This document shows positions 1 to 9,423 of a stretch of DNA of 64,000 nt, in pieces. The translations under genes were made by a program, and so were the position numbers. This DNA is from an uncultured Eubacteriales bacterium (lineage in GTDB: Bacteria > Bacillota > Sulfobacillia > Fermentithermobacillales > Fermentithermobacillaceae). Every line of letters begins with the position of its first letter. The first letter of the stretch is position 1. The notes below the pieces were generated by a model. That model worked only from the letters and a program-made list of their open reading frames with translations, ran no database searches and was not told where the DNA came from. Location of the stretch: NCBI GenBank assembly GCA_964406505.1, contig CAYORX010000003.1, positions 5,719 through 69,718 of the forward strand, given 5' to 3'.

Positions 1-2
1 CT

Positions 3-197
3 ACTTTAGATGAAACGAAGTCGTTGCTTAAGAGGAATACCAGACGGTTTGCCAAAAGACAATTAACGTGGTTCTCTAGGGAAGAAGGCATAATTTGGCT
101 CTCCATTGGCAAGCATAAATCTCAGAAACAACTTATAGAGCAAATCTGTAATTTAATTGACGGCTGGATTGAGCCGAGCGTACATACCAGAGGGTAA
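3..197 (+). CDS. miaA: tRNA dimethylallyltransferase MiaA, C-terminal fragment (5' end outside the window)
   Basis: Frame-3 translation reads ...[18 protein letters not shown]...SVHTRG*, typical of the MiaA C-terminus. It sits immediately upstream of hfq in the canonical miaA-hfq arrangement. Confidence 0.75.
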   Translation, partial: TLDETKSLLKRNTRRFAKRQLTWFSREEGIIWLSIGKHKSQKQLIEQICNLIDGWIEPSVHTRG

Positions 198-212
198 CTG
201 GAGGGAACTAAG

Positions 213-473
213 ATGAGTGTAAAAAACACTATCAATCTACAAGATAGCTATTTGAATCAAATTAGAAAAGACAATATTTTTATAACAGTGTATCTTATCA
301 ATGGATTTCAAATAAAGGGAGTAGTTAAAGCTTTTGACAGTTACACCGTACTACTCGGCGTTGATGGAAAACAAATGCTTATTTATAAGCACGCAATTTC
401 TACTATTGCTCCTGCAAGACCGATCGATGTGTCAGTGCAAAAGTGCACGGATACGGGTATTGCTACTAATTAA
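213..473 (+). CDS. hfq: RNA chaperone Hfq
   Basis: 86 aa with a Sm-like core ([28 protein letters not shown]...IYKHAIST). RBS GGAGGG precedes the ATG. Confidence 0.95.
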   Translation: MSVKNTINLQDSYLNQIRKDNIFITVYLINGFQIKGVVKAFDSYTVLLGVDGKQMLIYKHAISTIAPARPIDVSVQKCTDTGIATN

Positions 474-524
474 AATCTTTGGGCATACTATTCTTCACAA
501 GCAAGTGCGTGAGGAGGTGGCAAT

Positions 525-716
525 ATGCTAAAAGATCCGGTATGTGGGTTCGATATTGAGGATCGTGATGGAAGTGTACAGTTAGATTATGAGGGTAAAA
601 TTTACCATTTTTGTTCAAACGAGTGTAAACATAAGTTCGAGCGAAACCCACAAGCATATATAGGGACAAGTAAAAAAGATGTTTCTAATCAGCATCGTAA
701 ACACAATAATAACTAG
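525..716 (+). CDS. YHS/TRASH-domain small metal-binding protein
   Basis: 63 aa with DPVCGF...YEGKIYHFCSNECKHKFERNP, a YHS/TRASH-type Cys motif. Strong RBS GAGGAGG. Confidence 0.6.
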   Translation: MLKDPVCGFDIEDRDGSVQLDYEGKIYHFCSNECKHKFERNPQAYIGTSKKDVSNQHRKHNNN

Positions 717-744
717 TTAAGCAACGATCAGATTGAACAAATGT

Positions 745-782
745 TAGCCCTACTTGCTTACATAGCAGGTTGGGGCTTTTGA
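745..782 (+). terminator. Candidate rho-independent terminator after the YHS gene
   Basis: Imperfect GC-rich hairpin (gccctacttgc...gcaggttggggc) followed by TTTT. Confidence 0.4.
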
Positions 783-839
783 TATCATTAGGGGCATCAA
801 TTGCGTATAATGTACTGCGAATTGTTTCATAAACGGGGG

Positions 840-1775
840 ATGAAAATCGCTGTTCATAGCAATAAGCCTATTTTAAAAGTTATCTCTTCTAAAAGCGAAA
901 GCGAAGAAAAACACTTAAAAACTAGAGATAAGCTATTTAGGCAGTTAGAAGAAACCAAGAATCTGCCGATAAAAAGCGCCTTGGGTGAACTTAATTCTTT
1001 AATTGGTTTGGCACACGTAAAAGAACTGATCTTCGAAATATACGCTTTTTCAGAAGTCCAAAAGCGAAGAAGTAAGGCGGGGTTGATACAAGGAAATACG
1101 ATATTGCACATGATTTTTGCCGGAAATCCTGGGACAGGGAAAACCACTATAGCGCGAATATTAGGGCAATTATTTTTTCAAGGCAGGTTATTAAGTAAAG
1201 GCCACGTGATCGAGGTTGAAAGGGCAGATCTCGTAGGCGAATATATAGGGCATACGGCGCAAAAAACTCGTGAGTGTATAAGAAGGGCTAAAGGCGGCAT
1301 TCTGTTTATAGATGAAGCCTATTCTTTAGCAAGAGGTGGGCAAAAGGACTTCGGCAAGGAATGCATTGATTGTATTGTAAAAGCAATGGAAGACCACGCA
1401 AAAGATATGGTGTTTATTTTGGCTGGTTACCCTAAAGAGATGAAGAATTTTCTTAACATAAATCCCGGTTTGCGTTCACGCTTTCCCATTCATTTAAATT
1501 TCCCTGATTATACAATTGACGAATTGGTAAAAATCGGCTGCTTAATGCTAAGAAAAAGAGAGTATTATCTTGCAGGTGGCTTATATCAGCTACTCAAAAA
1601 TATTATTAAAGAAAAAATCCAACAAGAACCTATCCCTTCAAATGCTAGAATGGTGCGAAACTTGATAGAAAAGGCTGTCAGGAGGCAAGCAGTACGGTTG
1701 ATGCAATCCAATTCTTTCAACAAGCAGGATCTCATGGCCATAACCTCGAGAGATCTGTTAGAGGCATCGATGTGA
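840..1775 (+). CDS. spoVK: SpoVK-like AAA+ ATPase (stage V sporulation protein K family)
   Basis: Walker A GNPGTGKTT and Walker B ILFIDEAY in a single AAA domain. The spoVK-hflX(ynbA) order matches B. subtilis. The start at 840 (RBS ACGGGGGA) is preferred over the ORF-track start at 801. Confidence 0.7.
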   Translation: MKIAVHSNKPILKVISSKSESEEKHLKTRDKLFRQLEETKNLPIKSALGELNSLIGLAHVKELIFEIYAFSEVQKRRSKAGLIQGNTILHMIFAGNPGTGKTTIARILGQLFFQGRLLSKGHVIEVERADLVGEYIGHTAQKTRECIRRAKGGILFIDEAYSLARGGQKDFGKECIDCIVKAMEDHAKDMVFILAGYPKEMKNFLNINPGLRSRFPIHLNFPDYTIDELVKIGCLMLRKREYYLAGGLYQLLKNIIKEKIQQEPIPSNARMVRNLIEKAVRRQAVRLMQSNSFNKQDLMAITSRDLLEASM

Positions 1776-1899
1776 TGTGATCGTTCAATTATTTATTTGC
1801 CCATCATGATACTTATTTGTGGGTTAAGAAAAATAAGGGGCGATGTCTACAGTTTCGTTGTAAAATTATGATAAGCTAGTGTTACTAGGAGGGGAATAT

Positions 1900-3186
1900 T
1901 TGAGCGAACTGTCACATGTAGCGAATATGAGGGCGATTATCTGTGCCTTAGATATCAAAGCGCCTAGGCCTAGGGGTAAAGATGATTTCTTCCTTACCGG
2001 AGAGGAGTCTGCCCAAGAGCTCGCTCGTTTGGCGGAAACTCTTGGGTTGGAAGTGGTGGATACGATTATCCAGGACCGGTATTCACCTGATTCCGCCACT
2101 TATTTGGGCAAGGGTAAAGTTCAAGAGGTTGGCGAGCTTGTGTCGGATCATGAAGTTTCATATGTGCTTATTGATGACCAATTGTCTCCATCTCAGACCC
2201 ATAACTTAGAAGAAGCACTTGGGGTAGAAGTGCTAGATCGAACAAAGGTTATCCTTAGGATATTTGCCCAGCGAGCCAAGACCAAAGAAGGCAAACTACA
2301 AGTGGAACTTGCCACGAGACGGCATGAACTTACCCGGCTTACCGGACACGGTACGGTCATGTCTAGTTTAGGAGGGGGCATCGGCACCCGGGGTCCAGGA
2401 GAGCAAAAACTAGAGGTGGATAGGAGGGTTCTTCGGAGAAAAATATCTCAATTAACCAAGAGTCTAGATAAAGCACGGAAGGTTAGGAAAGAGCAAAGTA
2501 AACGCAGGAGAGAATCGTCGATTCCTAAGATATCTCTTATAGGCTATACTAACGCAGGCAAATCTACGTTATTTAAGGCGCTAACAGGCGAAGATGTGCT
2601 GTGTGATGATAGACTCTTTGCAACTCTCGATCCATGGACGCGCCGGTGGTTTTTACCGTCGGGTATGGAGACTTTAATTTCTGACACAGTCGGCTTTATT
2701 CAGGGTTTACCCCACGAGCTAGTGTATGCTTTTAGATCGACTTTAGAAGAATCTCTTGATGCTGATTTGCTTGTCCACGTAGTAGATGTCTCTTCACCTG
2801 TTTGGGAGCAGCAAATTCGAACAGTAGAAAAAGTATTAGAAGAACTAGGGGCTTCGGATCGTTCGATAATCACAGTGCTTAACAAATCGGATAAAGTATC
2901 TGAACATGAGTTAAAGGTAGCTATGACGAAACAACATATAGCCCTACACGTTTCTGCACTTAGTGGTTATGGCATTAGTAAGTTTGCTACGACGGTGGAA
3001 AGACATCTTTTGAAGGAGAATAAGATCGTTTCTTTAATAGTACCGTATGCGATGTGGAATATTTTGTTTGAGATCAGGAAAGCAGGAGCGATCTTACAAA
3101 AAATCCATGGAAAGTCCGGAGCAGAAATTATATGCAAACTTGATCCTGTGGATGCCGTTAGATTCTCAAAGAGACTTTCGGGGTAG
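1900..3186 (+). CDS. hflX: GTPase HflX
   Basis: G1 GYTNAGKST, G3 DTVGF and G4 NKSD motifs, plus an HflX N-terminal domain (EESAQELARLAETLGLEVV). The likely start is the TTG at 1900, preceded by AGGAGG. Confidence 0.9.
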   Translation: MSELSHVANMRAIICALDIKAPRPRGKDDFFLTGEESAQELARLAETLGLEVVDTIIQDRYSPDSATYLGKGKVQEVGELVSDHEVSYVLIDDQLSPSQTHNLEEALGVEVLDRTKVILRIFAQRAKTKEGKLQVELATRRHELTRLTGHGTVMSSLGGGIGTRGPGEQKLEVDRRVLRRKISQLTKSLDKARKVRKEQSKRRRESSIPKISLIGYTNAGKSTLFKALTGEDVLCDDRLFATLDPWTRRWFLPSGMETLISDTVGFIQGLPHELVYAFRSTLEESLDADLLVHVVDVSSPVWEQQIRTVEKVLEELGASDRSIITVLNKSDKVSEHELKVAMTKQHIALHVSALSGYGISKFATTVERHLLKENKIVSLIVPYAMWNILFEIRKAGAILQKIHGKSGAEIICKLDPVDAVRFSKRLSG

Positions 3187-3198
3187 TGAACGCTTGGG

Positions 3199-3810
3199 TT
3201 AGTGATAAGTACGAACTACTCCGATCACCTTGCCGAGTATTCGAACGTTTTTAGAAATAATAGGTTTCAACTCCGGATTCTCCGGTTGTAAACGAATGGA
3301 GTGTTTCTCTTTATAAAAAGTCTTTACGGTTGCTTCATCTTCTAACAATGCCACCACAATATCACCGTTGTCAGCGGTATCTTGCTGTCTTACTAACACT
3401 AAATCTCCTTCAAATATCCCAACATCTACCATGCTATTTCCTTCTACTTGCAACATAAAAGCATTCTTAGTTTTGACGAATGTGTAAGGTAAGGGTATAT
3501 ACTCTTCTATATTCTCTACTGCAAGCACGGGTGTTCCTGCTCGCACTGTTCCAACCATTGGTACCATTACGGTGGAAGCAGGCTGGCTAGGCTTTTTACG
3601 ATCCACCACAGTGAAGGCTCGCGATTTTTGAGCTGTTCTTAGCAAATAACCTTTACGTTCAAGGGTTTTTAAGTGACTATGCACGGTAGCGGTGGATTTA
3701 AGACCCAGTTTTTTCCCCAGTTCTCTTACAGACGGGGGATAACCGGTCTCGCGAATATATTGCTGTATAGTATTAAGCACGTTAGCTTGTTGAATTGTTA
3801 ATTGTTCCAT
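3199..3810 (-). CDS. lexA: SOS repressor LexA
   Basis: N-terminal winged HTH (VRELGKKLGLKSTATVHSHL) and C-terminal S24 peptidase (VEGNSMVDVGIFEGDLVLV, K in the KTF motif). Confidence 0.95.
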   Translation of the reverse strand: MEQLTIQQANVLNTIQQYIRETGYPPSVRELGKKLGLKSTATVHSHLKTLERKGYLLRTAQKSRAFTVVDRKKPSQPASTVMVPMVGTVRAGTPVLAVENIEEYIPLPYTFVKTKNAFMLQVEGNSMVDVGIFEGDLVLVRQQDTADNGDIVVALLEDEATVKTFYKEKHSIRLQPENPELKPIISKNVRILGKVIGVVRTYH

Positions 3811-3884
3811 ATCATCTTTCCTCTTAAATTAAATGTGAGAAATATCTTGTCTAATAAAGAGTTTATCATCAACTTTCTATCTAA

Positions 3885-3900
3885 GCAAACGTTAGTTTGG
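3885..3900. promoter_or_regulatory. Candidate LexA operator (Cheo-box-like palindrome AAACGTTAGTTT)
   Basis: The only GAAC-N4-GTTC-like palindrome in the lexA/LysM divergent intergenic region, about 80 bp upstream of lexA. It deviates from the consensus (AAAC rather than GAAC). Confidence 0.3.
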
Positions 3901-4016
3901 TATTTCGTCGATATATTTTTATTTTTCACGTAACCAAAATCGATGCAAACACATAGGCTGAAAAGGAGAGCGTCATCATATTTTATCCCTATGGATCGAG
4001 GGGGGGAAGAAGAGAG

Positions 4017-4916
4017 ATGAGTGAGAGCACCCTTCGTGATGCTTGTAATTTTATCTGGACAACCGAAAAACAAATGGCTCCGATTGTGGAAAAATGTCTT
4101 GACTATTCAAGCGGACACGATTGTTTTGAAGAAGCAGATCAAATGATGATATTACACAAAGACGTGATTAAGGACTGCAGTGAATTGTTTACAACTATGA
4201 ATATTGAGGTCGCAACTTCAGTTGCTTCTGTAGCCATGCCTGGTGATTTTGCATCTTGCATTACTATGATTCACGCACATTTTACAAAAGTAATTGATAA
4301 AGGATACATCGTTATCGATTCGCATGTAACGGATTCTGTACAAAGATCTGTGTTCGAAAGGGTAACTAAACGCAAAAAACAGCAAATAGGGCACCTTCGT
4401 AAGATGGCCGAAAAATGTAAAATTGACTTTGAAGGGTATGAAACAACCTGGCCACCGGTAACTTCGCCCGAACGGCCGCCACATCGACCACCGGCAAAAA
4501 GGACAGAATATATAGTTCAGCCAGGTGACACTATGTATAGTATAGCTCAAAGATTTGGCGTATCATTAGAAGCCCTAATACGGGCTAATCCACAAGTGAG
4601 AAACCCTAATATGATTGTGGTAGGAGAAATCATTATTGTGCCTGACGGAATTCACCCAACCCCACCGCACAGGCCACCGCATAGACCACCGCACAGGCCA
4701 CCGCATGATCCGCCACATATACCGCCATACGGCTCACCGCATACACCTGGGCGTAAATATGTGGTAAGACCTGGTGATACAATGTTTATTATTGCACAAC
4801 GATTTGCTATAGGCTTAACTGAATTGATTGCGTTTAACCCTCAAATCCCGGACCCAAATGTTTTGGTTCCCGGTCAAGTGGTTTTGATACCCACGCGAGG
4901 TGGAGCACTCGGATAA
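4017..4916 (+). CDS. Tandem LysM-domain protein with Cys/His-rich N-terminal domain and Pro-His repeat linker
   Basis: Two LysM motifs (YIVQPGDTMYSIAQRFGVSLEALIRANP... and YVVRPGDTMFIIAQRFAIGLTELIAFNP...) separated by PPHRPPHRPPHRPPHDPPHIPP. No signal peptide or TM segment. Divergent from lexA. Confidence 0.8.
   Translation: MSESTLRDACNFIWTTEKQMAPIVEKCLDYSSGHDCFEEADQMMILHKDVIKDCSELFTTMNIEVATSVASVAMPGDFASCITMIHAHFTKVIDKGYIVIDSHVTDSVQRSVFERVTKRKKQQIGHLRKMAEKCKIDFEGYETTWPPVTSPERPPHRPPAKRTEYIVQPGDTMYSIAQRFGVSLEALIRANPQVRNPNMIVVGEIIIVPDGIHPTPPHRPPHRPPHRPPHDPPHIPPYGSPHTPGRKYVVRPGDTMFIIAQRFAIGLTELIAFNPQIPDPNVLVPGQVVLIPTRGGALG
4660..4745 (+). repeat. About 7 tandem copies of a 12-bp unit (CCACCGCAYAGR) encoding PPH(R) repeats
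   Basis: Direct read: ccaccgcacagg ccaccgcatagac caccgcacagg ccaccgcatgat ccgccacatata ccgccatacggc tcaccgcataca. Confidence 0.8.
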
Positions 4917-4928
4917 GGTTCAAAGCAT

Positions 4929-4968
4929 AAGGCGGTATTTATCGTAAGATAAGGATACCGCCTTTGGC
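4929..4968. terminator. Bidirectional hairpin terminator between the convergent LysM and NlpC/P60 genes
   Basis: Perfect 10-bp stem AAGGCGGTAT / ATACCGCCTT with a 16-nt loop, followed by TTTGG. Confidence 0.55.
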
Positions 4969-4970
4969 GT

Positions 4971-6191
4971 TTACTTGATTATACGGCGTCCTAGAAGGTA
5001 TTTTTCTGCAAGGGAAGAGGAGTAATCCGGATGTGCAGGATCAAAACTGTTGATCGCGACTCCCTGGCTACCTGAATGAATATACCGGTTTTGTCCCATG
5101 TAGATACCTACGTGGGAAGGTCCGGGCGCGTAAGTTTCGAAAAACACCAAATCACCCGGTTCTAAATCATCTCTAGAGCTTACAGGTTCCCCCTGAACAA
5201 ATTGCATGTGGGCGTCACGCCTTATAGAATAGCCGTTCATTTTCATGCAAAACTGGGTAAAACCTGAGCAATCAAACCCGTACGAGGTACATCCTCCCCA
5301 TAAGTAGGGGAGGCCGATGTATTGTTTTGCAGTTTCGATTACATCGGTCGCAGGATATTTGACTGCGAAGACGTGTTCTAAGTTCGGAAAGATGTCAATG
5401 CTTTCAGCATTAACGAATACGCTTTCTCCGATTGGAGTATTAAGTTCGGCCCAATTTTCATCAACTGAAATTACCGGAAGTGTAGAGCCTTGTACTAACC
5501 ATTTTTCGAAAACCATTTCGCCATTCGGTGCATCTAGGGCCTTGGCCATTTTAACAGTAACTAAGGCAACTTTGTTGTGCCAAAAATTGTCTAAAGATTG
5601 GGAATCGAAAACGGTGATCTGTTCTGGGGAAACCCAACCAAGATACTTATCTTTCATTCGAACTAGATACCAATCATCTTTGAAAGTTAAAACAGACAAA
5701 ACATCACCCATTCTTGCTTGGGTAACGGTATTATCACCTTCGGAAAGGCCGGGAGATGATCCCAAATTGATGACCGGTTCATTGACGACTGCCCATATTT
5801 TGTCGCCGAATTCTGCTAGGGGGTACATGGTAACTTCATCAAGTACTTCTAAATCGTCTGCGATGCAAGCCAACGCGTTAAGTATACTGGTTTTTAATCG
5901 TTCTTCTGTTGTTTGTCCCATCAAGGAAACCTTTCCGTTCTTTACTGCCACGTCAAAATTAAGAACAGATTCTCTGTCAGATAACTGTGATGATTTTATA
6001 TATTCTTCTACAGTAAAAAGCGCTTTATCTAATAGTTTTTCATCGGATAAAGCAACTGGTTTCGCAACGGCTTCGTTGGGTGCTTTCTCTAAGGAATAAT
6101 TTACATTGTCGGTATCGGTAGTCGGTTCTTTGGCATGAAGACAACCAGAAAGACAAGCCGCTAAAAGAACGAGCGATATAATAAGTTTCAT
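4971..6191 (-). CDS. Lipoprotein peptidoglycan endopeptidase with SH3b domains and a C-terminal NlpC/P60 domain
   Basis: Lipobox LLAACLSGC. NlpC/P60 catalytic region YLWGG...GFDCSGFTQF...HVGIYMG with Cys-His. Start-codon choice is ambiguous between TTG and ATG. Confidence 0.85.
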   Translation of the reverse strand: MKLIISLVLLAACLSGCLHAKEPTTDTDNVNYSLEKAPNEAVAKPVALSDEKLLDKALFTVEEYIKSSQLSDRESVLNFDVAVKNGKVSLMGQTTEERLKTSILNALACIADDLEVLDEVTMYPLAEFGDKIWAVVNEPVINLGSSPGLSEGDNTVTQARMGDVLSVLTFKDDWYLVRMKDKYLGWVSPEQITVFDSQSLDNFWHNKVALVTVKMAKALDAPNGEMVFEKWLVQGSTLPVISVDENWAELNTPIGESVFVNAESIDIFPNLEHVFAVKYPATDVIETAKQYIGLPYLWGGCTSYGFDCSGFTQFCMKMNGYSIRRDAHMQFVQGEPVSSRDDLEPGDLVFFETYAPGPSHVGIYMGQNRYIHSGSQGVAINSFDPAHPDYSSSLAEKYLLGRRIIK

Positions 6192-6544
6192 TTTTTTAAA
6201 GTGACAGTCCAAGTACAAAATCTCTCCTGCCTATGTAAACTTTGTGATTGTAATTCTACCTCAGTGAGCAAAATCCTCTTTCTAAGCAAAATTTCATAAG
6301 CCTCGTCGATATAACAAAAAGAAGATAACATTAGTATAATTTGTATTTCGCACGCCATTTAAACGTCTTCTAAACGATTTTCATCACTGGATAGGTGGAA
6401 TTGGTCATAAACGACTCAAAACTGCTTAGATTACCGTATAAGGCTATTTTGCGCTTTGTTTTGTAAATTTATTGTGAACTACGAGAAATCTATAAGAAAG
6501 AGGGAGCATAATGATTTCAATTAAACAGTCGTAATTTATACAAT

Positions 6545-6575
<31 letters not shown>

Positions 6576-6637
6576 TTATTTGAGGTTAATATTTCTTCAG
6601 CCTATTTTTTCGTTCAAATTATCTCTAGTAATGTTTA

Positions 6638-7309
6638 TTACTTACCATTCCTAGCCCTAGACCATTTACGAGGATCAGACAAGAAACTTCTTATTTCATT
6701 GGATTCAGATTTACTAAAGTAACCCAAATCTTCTCCAACATTGACGATGGTCGGCCAGTCTGTGAGCCAAGATACTTTGACATCAATTGGTGCTAGGATT
6801 CTTTCATATTCTTCGTACAACGCATAAGAAGCTAAAGTGAACACGTGATTTATTTTTAAGCTAGCTTTTCTGAGCCCTTCAACGAAGTTTACCTTGCTAC
6901 CGCCATCGAAAATCAGATCTTCGATTAAGACTACACGAGTTCCTGCGATACAATTTCCTTCTACCATCGCATCTTTACCAAAGCCTTTTGGTTTTTTCCG
7001 TACATAGAGCATAGGCAGTTTCATTTGCCAACTAAGAAATGCCGCGTATGGAATACCGGCGGTTTCACCACCGGCTATAGCGTCAACAGGTTCGTCTAGA
7101 GTATGTTCAATTAGCTGTTGCATGAAGGTCATGGTTTTTTCTCTTTGTGGTACAAACGAAATTAGTCTTCGGCAGTCTATATATACAGGACTTTTCGTTC
7201 CAGAAGTTAGCGTGAAAGGTTGTCCAGGCCTGGCCCCAACGGCTTCGATATCGATGAGTATTTTTGCGGTTTCCTTAGCTATAAACTTTTTATTTAAATT
7301 AGTAACCAT
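6638..7309 (-). CDS. pyrE: Orotate phosphoribosyltransferase-like PRTase
   Basis: PRPP-binding motif VVLIEDLIFDGGS and a PyrE-like TSGTKSPVYIDCR motif. It occupies the position of pyrR downstream of rluD in the Bacillus order. Confidence 0.6.
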   Translation of the reverse strand: MVTNLNKKFIAKETAKILIDIEAVGARPGQPFTLTSGTKSPVYIDCRRLISFVPQREKTMTFMQQLIEHTLDEPVDAIAGGETAGIPYAAFLSWQMKLPMLYVRKKPKGFGKDAMVEGNCIAGTRVVLIEDLIFDGGSKVNFVEGLRKASLKINHVFTLASYALYEEYERILAPIDVKVSWLTDWPTIVNVGEDLGYFSKSESNEIRSFLSDPRKWSRARNGK

Positions 7310-8331
7310 GGTGGTAACTCCTTTCGATACTTATTTTTCAAACTCATCAAAGTTTGGGCAAAATCTATAGGCAGTGGTGCTTTAAACTCACAGTAGTTTT
7401 CAACATTACCGGTTTTGCTTTTTAGATATAAACCAAGTTTAAACGCATGTAATGCTTGCCCTGTTAACTTTAATTTATTCCTGTTTTTCCCATATACTGA
7501 ATCTCCTACTATTGGATGGCCTATGTACGACAAGTGTACCCGCAATTGATGCGTACGCCCCGTATGTAGCTGAGCGAGTATCAAAGTATAAGCGGATCCA
7601 AATAGCGAAACCACTTGCCAATGAGTTATAGCCTTTCTTACTTTGTATTGAGGCGGAACGTCAATTCCGGGACGCAGGGCGGCCATGCGTTTACGATTTA
7701 CCGGATGTCTTCCGATAGGTATCTCTATTGTTCCTTCTTTTTTTCCGAAGCGGCCCTTGCACAATGCTAGATACTCTCTTTTTGCCTTCCTAGCTTTTAT
7801 TTGGTTTTTTAGATGCTCTAGTATTTTTTCGTTCTTAGCAACTACAAGTAACCCCGTTGTATCTTTATCTAGCCTGTGAACAATCCCCGGGCGAGTTTTT
7901 TCACCAACCTTCTCTATTTGAGGCCACCGACCAAGAAGTGCGTTTACCAAAGTACCGCTGTTATGTCCGGCTGCAGGATGTATCACCATGCCTCTAGGTT
8001 TATTTATTAAAATTATATCCTCGTTTTCATATATGACGTCCAAAGTGATGTTTTCAGGCTGTAAATGCATTTTTTGTTTAGGAGGTATGTTGATTACGAT
8101 AAGATCATCAGTGCTAACCTTTGTAGAAGGCTTGTTTACGATATGGCCGTTTACTGTGACTTTTTCTTGTTTAATGAGTTGCTGAACCCGAGATCTAGAA
8201 ATATTTGGTTGTGCTTGATTTGCAATGTAAGTATCGAGCCTATTCTTTTGTTCATTACTTTTTACAGTTAGATATATAACGTTTTGATTTATATCCAAAG
8301 CGAATCTGTTCTCCCCTACTGCCTCAATCAA
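7294..8331 (-). CDS. rluD: 23S rRNA pseudouridine synthase, RluD family
   Basis: N-terminal S4 domain and HRLDKDTTGLLVVAKN catalytic motif. lspA-rluD synteny. Confidence 0.9.
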   Translation of the reverse strand: MIEAVGENRFALDINQNVIYLTVKSNEQKNRLDTYIANQAQPNISRSRVQQLIKQEKVTVNGHIVNKPSTKVSTDDLIVINIPPKQKMHLQPENITLDVIYENEDIILINKPRGMVIHPAAGHNSGTLVNALLGRWPQIEKVGEKTRPGIVHRLDKDTTGLLVVAKNEKILEHLKNQIKARKAKREYLALCKGRFGKKEGTIEIPIGRHPVNRKRMAALRPGIDVPPQYKVRKAITHWQVVSLFGSAYTLILAQLHTGRTHQLRVHLSYIGHPIVGDSVYGKNRNKLKLTGQALHAFKLGLYLKSKTGNVENYCEFKAPLPIDFAQTLMSLKNKYRKELPPWLLI

Positions 8332-8797
8332 TTATTTGAAAGTTTTCAAACAGCATAAGCGCGATCATTAAACTGCCTATTACAATTGCGCTATCGGCGA
8401 TGTTAAATACCGCAGGAAAATATTTTACGTAGATAAAGTCTGTTACCGTTGTTTGACATATCCTATCTACAACGTTTCCCAGAGCCCCCCCTGCAACCAG
8501 TCCAAAAGCTATCACCGCAGCATCACTAGTTAGATACAGTTTGTGGTGTAGAAAAATGGCTAATACTATACTTACGATACTCGTGCAGATAAGCAACCAT
8601 CGTGCATGAGGCATAATTCCAAAAGCTGCTCCAGGATTTTCTTTATATACGATTTGAATCCATTGACCTATTACCGGTAAGCTTTGACCAACTGAAAATC
8701 TATTTCTTATATAGTATTTGCTAAACTGATCCAACGTAAATACTGTCATAAATGAAAACCAAAACATTAGTGTATGCAACCTACTTTCAGCAGCCAT
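8324..8797 (-). CDS. lspA: Lipoprotein signal peptidase II
   Basis: 157 aa, four TM segments, NVVDR and FNIADSAI motifs. Confidence 0.9.
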   Translation of the reverse strand: MAAESRLHTLMFWFSFMTVFTLDQFSKYYIRNRFSVGQSLPVIGQWIQIVYKENPGAAFGIMPHARWLLICTSIVSIVLAIFLHHKLYLTSDAAVIAFGLVAGGALGNVVDRICQTTVTDFIYVKYFPAVFNIADSAIVIGSLMIALMLFENFQIID

Positions 8798-8899
8798 GAT
8801 AATGTAAATTATTTCGATGTAAATTTAGTCTGTTTACAGCATACAAAGACCAAACATTCAAAGCAAGGGGCTGCTGATTTTAGTGTAAAAAAACTAGCA

Positions 8900-9391
8900 T
8901 TACCTATCAGTTAATGGCGGTTCTTCGCCGGGTTCTTTTTGAAATGCACTGTCGGGAACGTCTTGAGAAAACACCATTTCTTCTACTGGCCTTCTAGTTT
9001 GCGGTAATACTTCCTGCTGTTTCTGGCATGAAGCACATAATTCAACTTCAGGTATGGCCCTGAGTCTTTCAATTGGGATTGGTTGTTTACATTTTAAACA
9101 AAAACCATACTTGTTCATTTTAATTCTATTTAGTGCATCACGCATTTTTGCTATTTTTATCTCAATCCCATCTTTCAAACCTAGATCTTTACCTCTTTCG
9201 AAAGTCTCCGAACCTAAATCTCCTGGATGTTGATCGTAAGAAGAATCAATACCTAATAGATCTTTTTGATCCATAGAAAACGATTTTTCTTTGATTGATC
9301 GTAATCCATTTTTCAATTCTTTTAGTTCTGTAATAAGCTTTTTTTCAAATTCTGAGACATCTAATTTGTGTTTTCCATCAGTTTTATTCAT
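8900..9391 (-). CDS. DksA/TraR-family C4 zinc-finger protein (YlyA/YteA-like)
   Basis: CLKCKQPIPIERLRAIPEVELCASC four-Cys finger. Located upstream of lspA as ylyA is in B. subtilis. Confidence 0.65.
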   Translation of the reverse strand: MNKTDGKHKLDVSEFEKKLITELKELKNGLRSIKEKSFSMDQKDLLGIDSSYDQHPGDLGSETFERGKDLGLKDGIEIKIAKMRDALNRIKMNKYGFCLKCKQPIPIERLRAIPEVELCASCQKQQEVLPQTRRPVEEMVFSQDVPDSAFQKEPGEEPPLTDR

Positions 9392-9423
9392 TTACACCAT
9401 CCTGTAAAAGAAAAATTTATTGA

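Noticed and set aside
334-669. Small ORFs 334..531(+) and 466..669(-)
   Set aside because: They overlap hfq and the YHS gene, and no RBS or motif supports them.
5317-6099. 260-aa plus-strand ORF
   Set aside because: Antisense to the NlpC/P60 gene, with no motifs.
6190-6420. Possible c-di-AMP (ydaO-type) riboswitch upstream of the NlpC/P60 gene
   Set aside because: The region is AT-rich and lacks the G-rich conserved segments expected. No convincing pseudo-symmetric helices were seen. A covariance-model scan would be needed.
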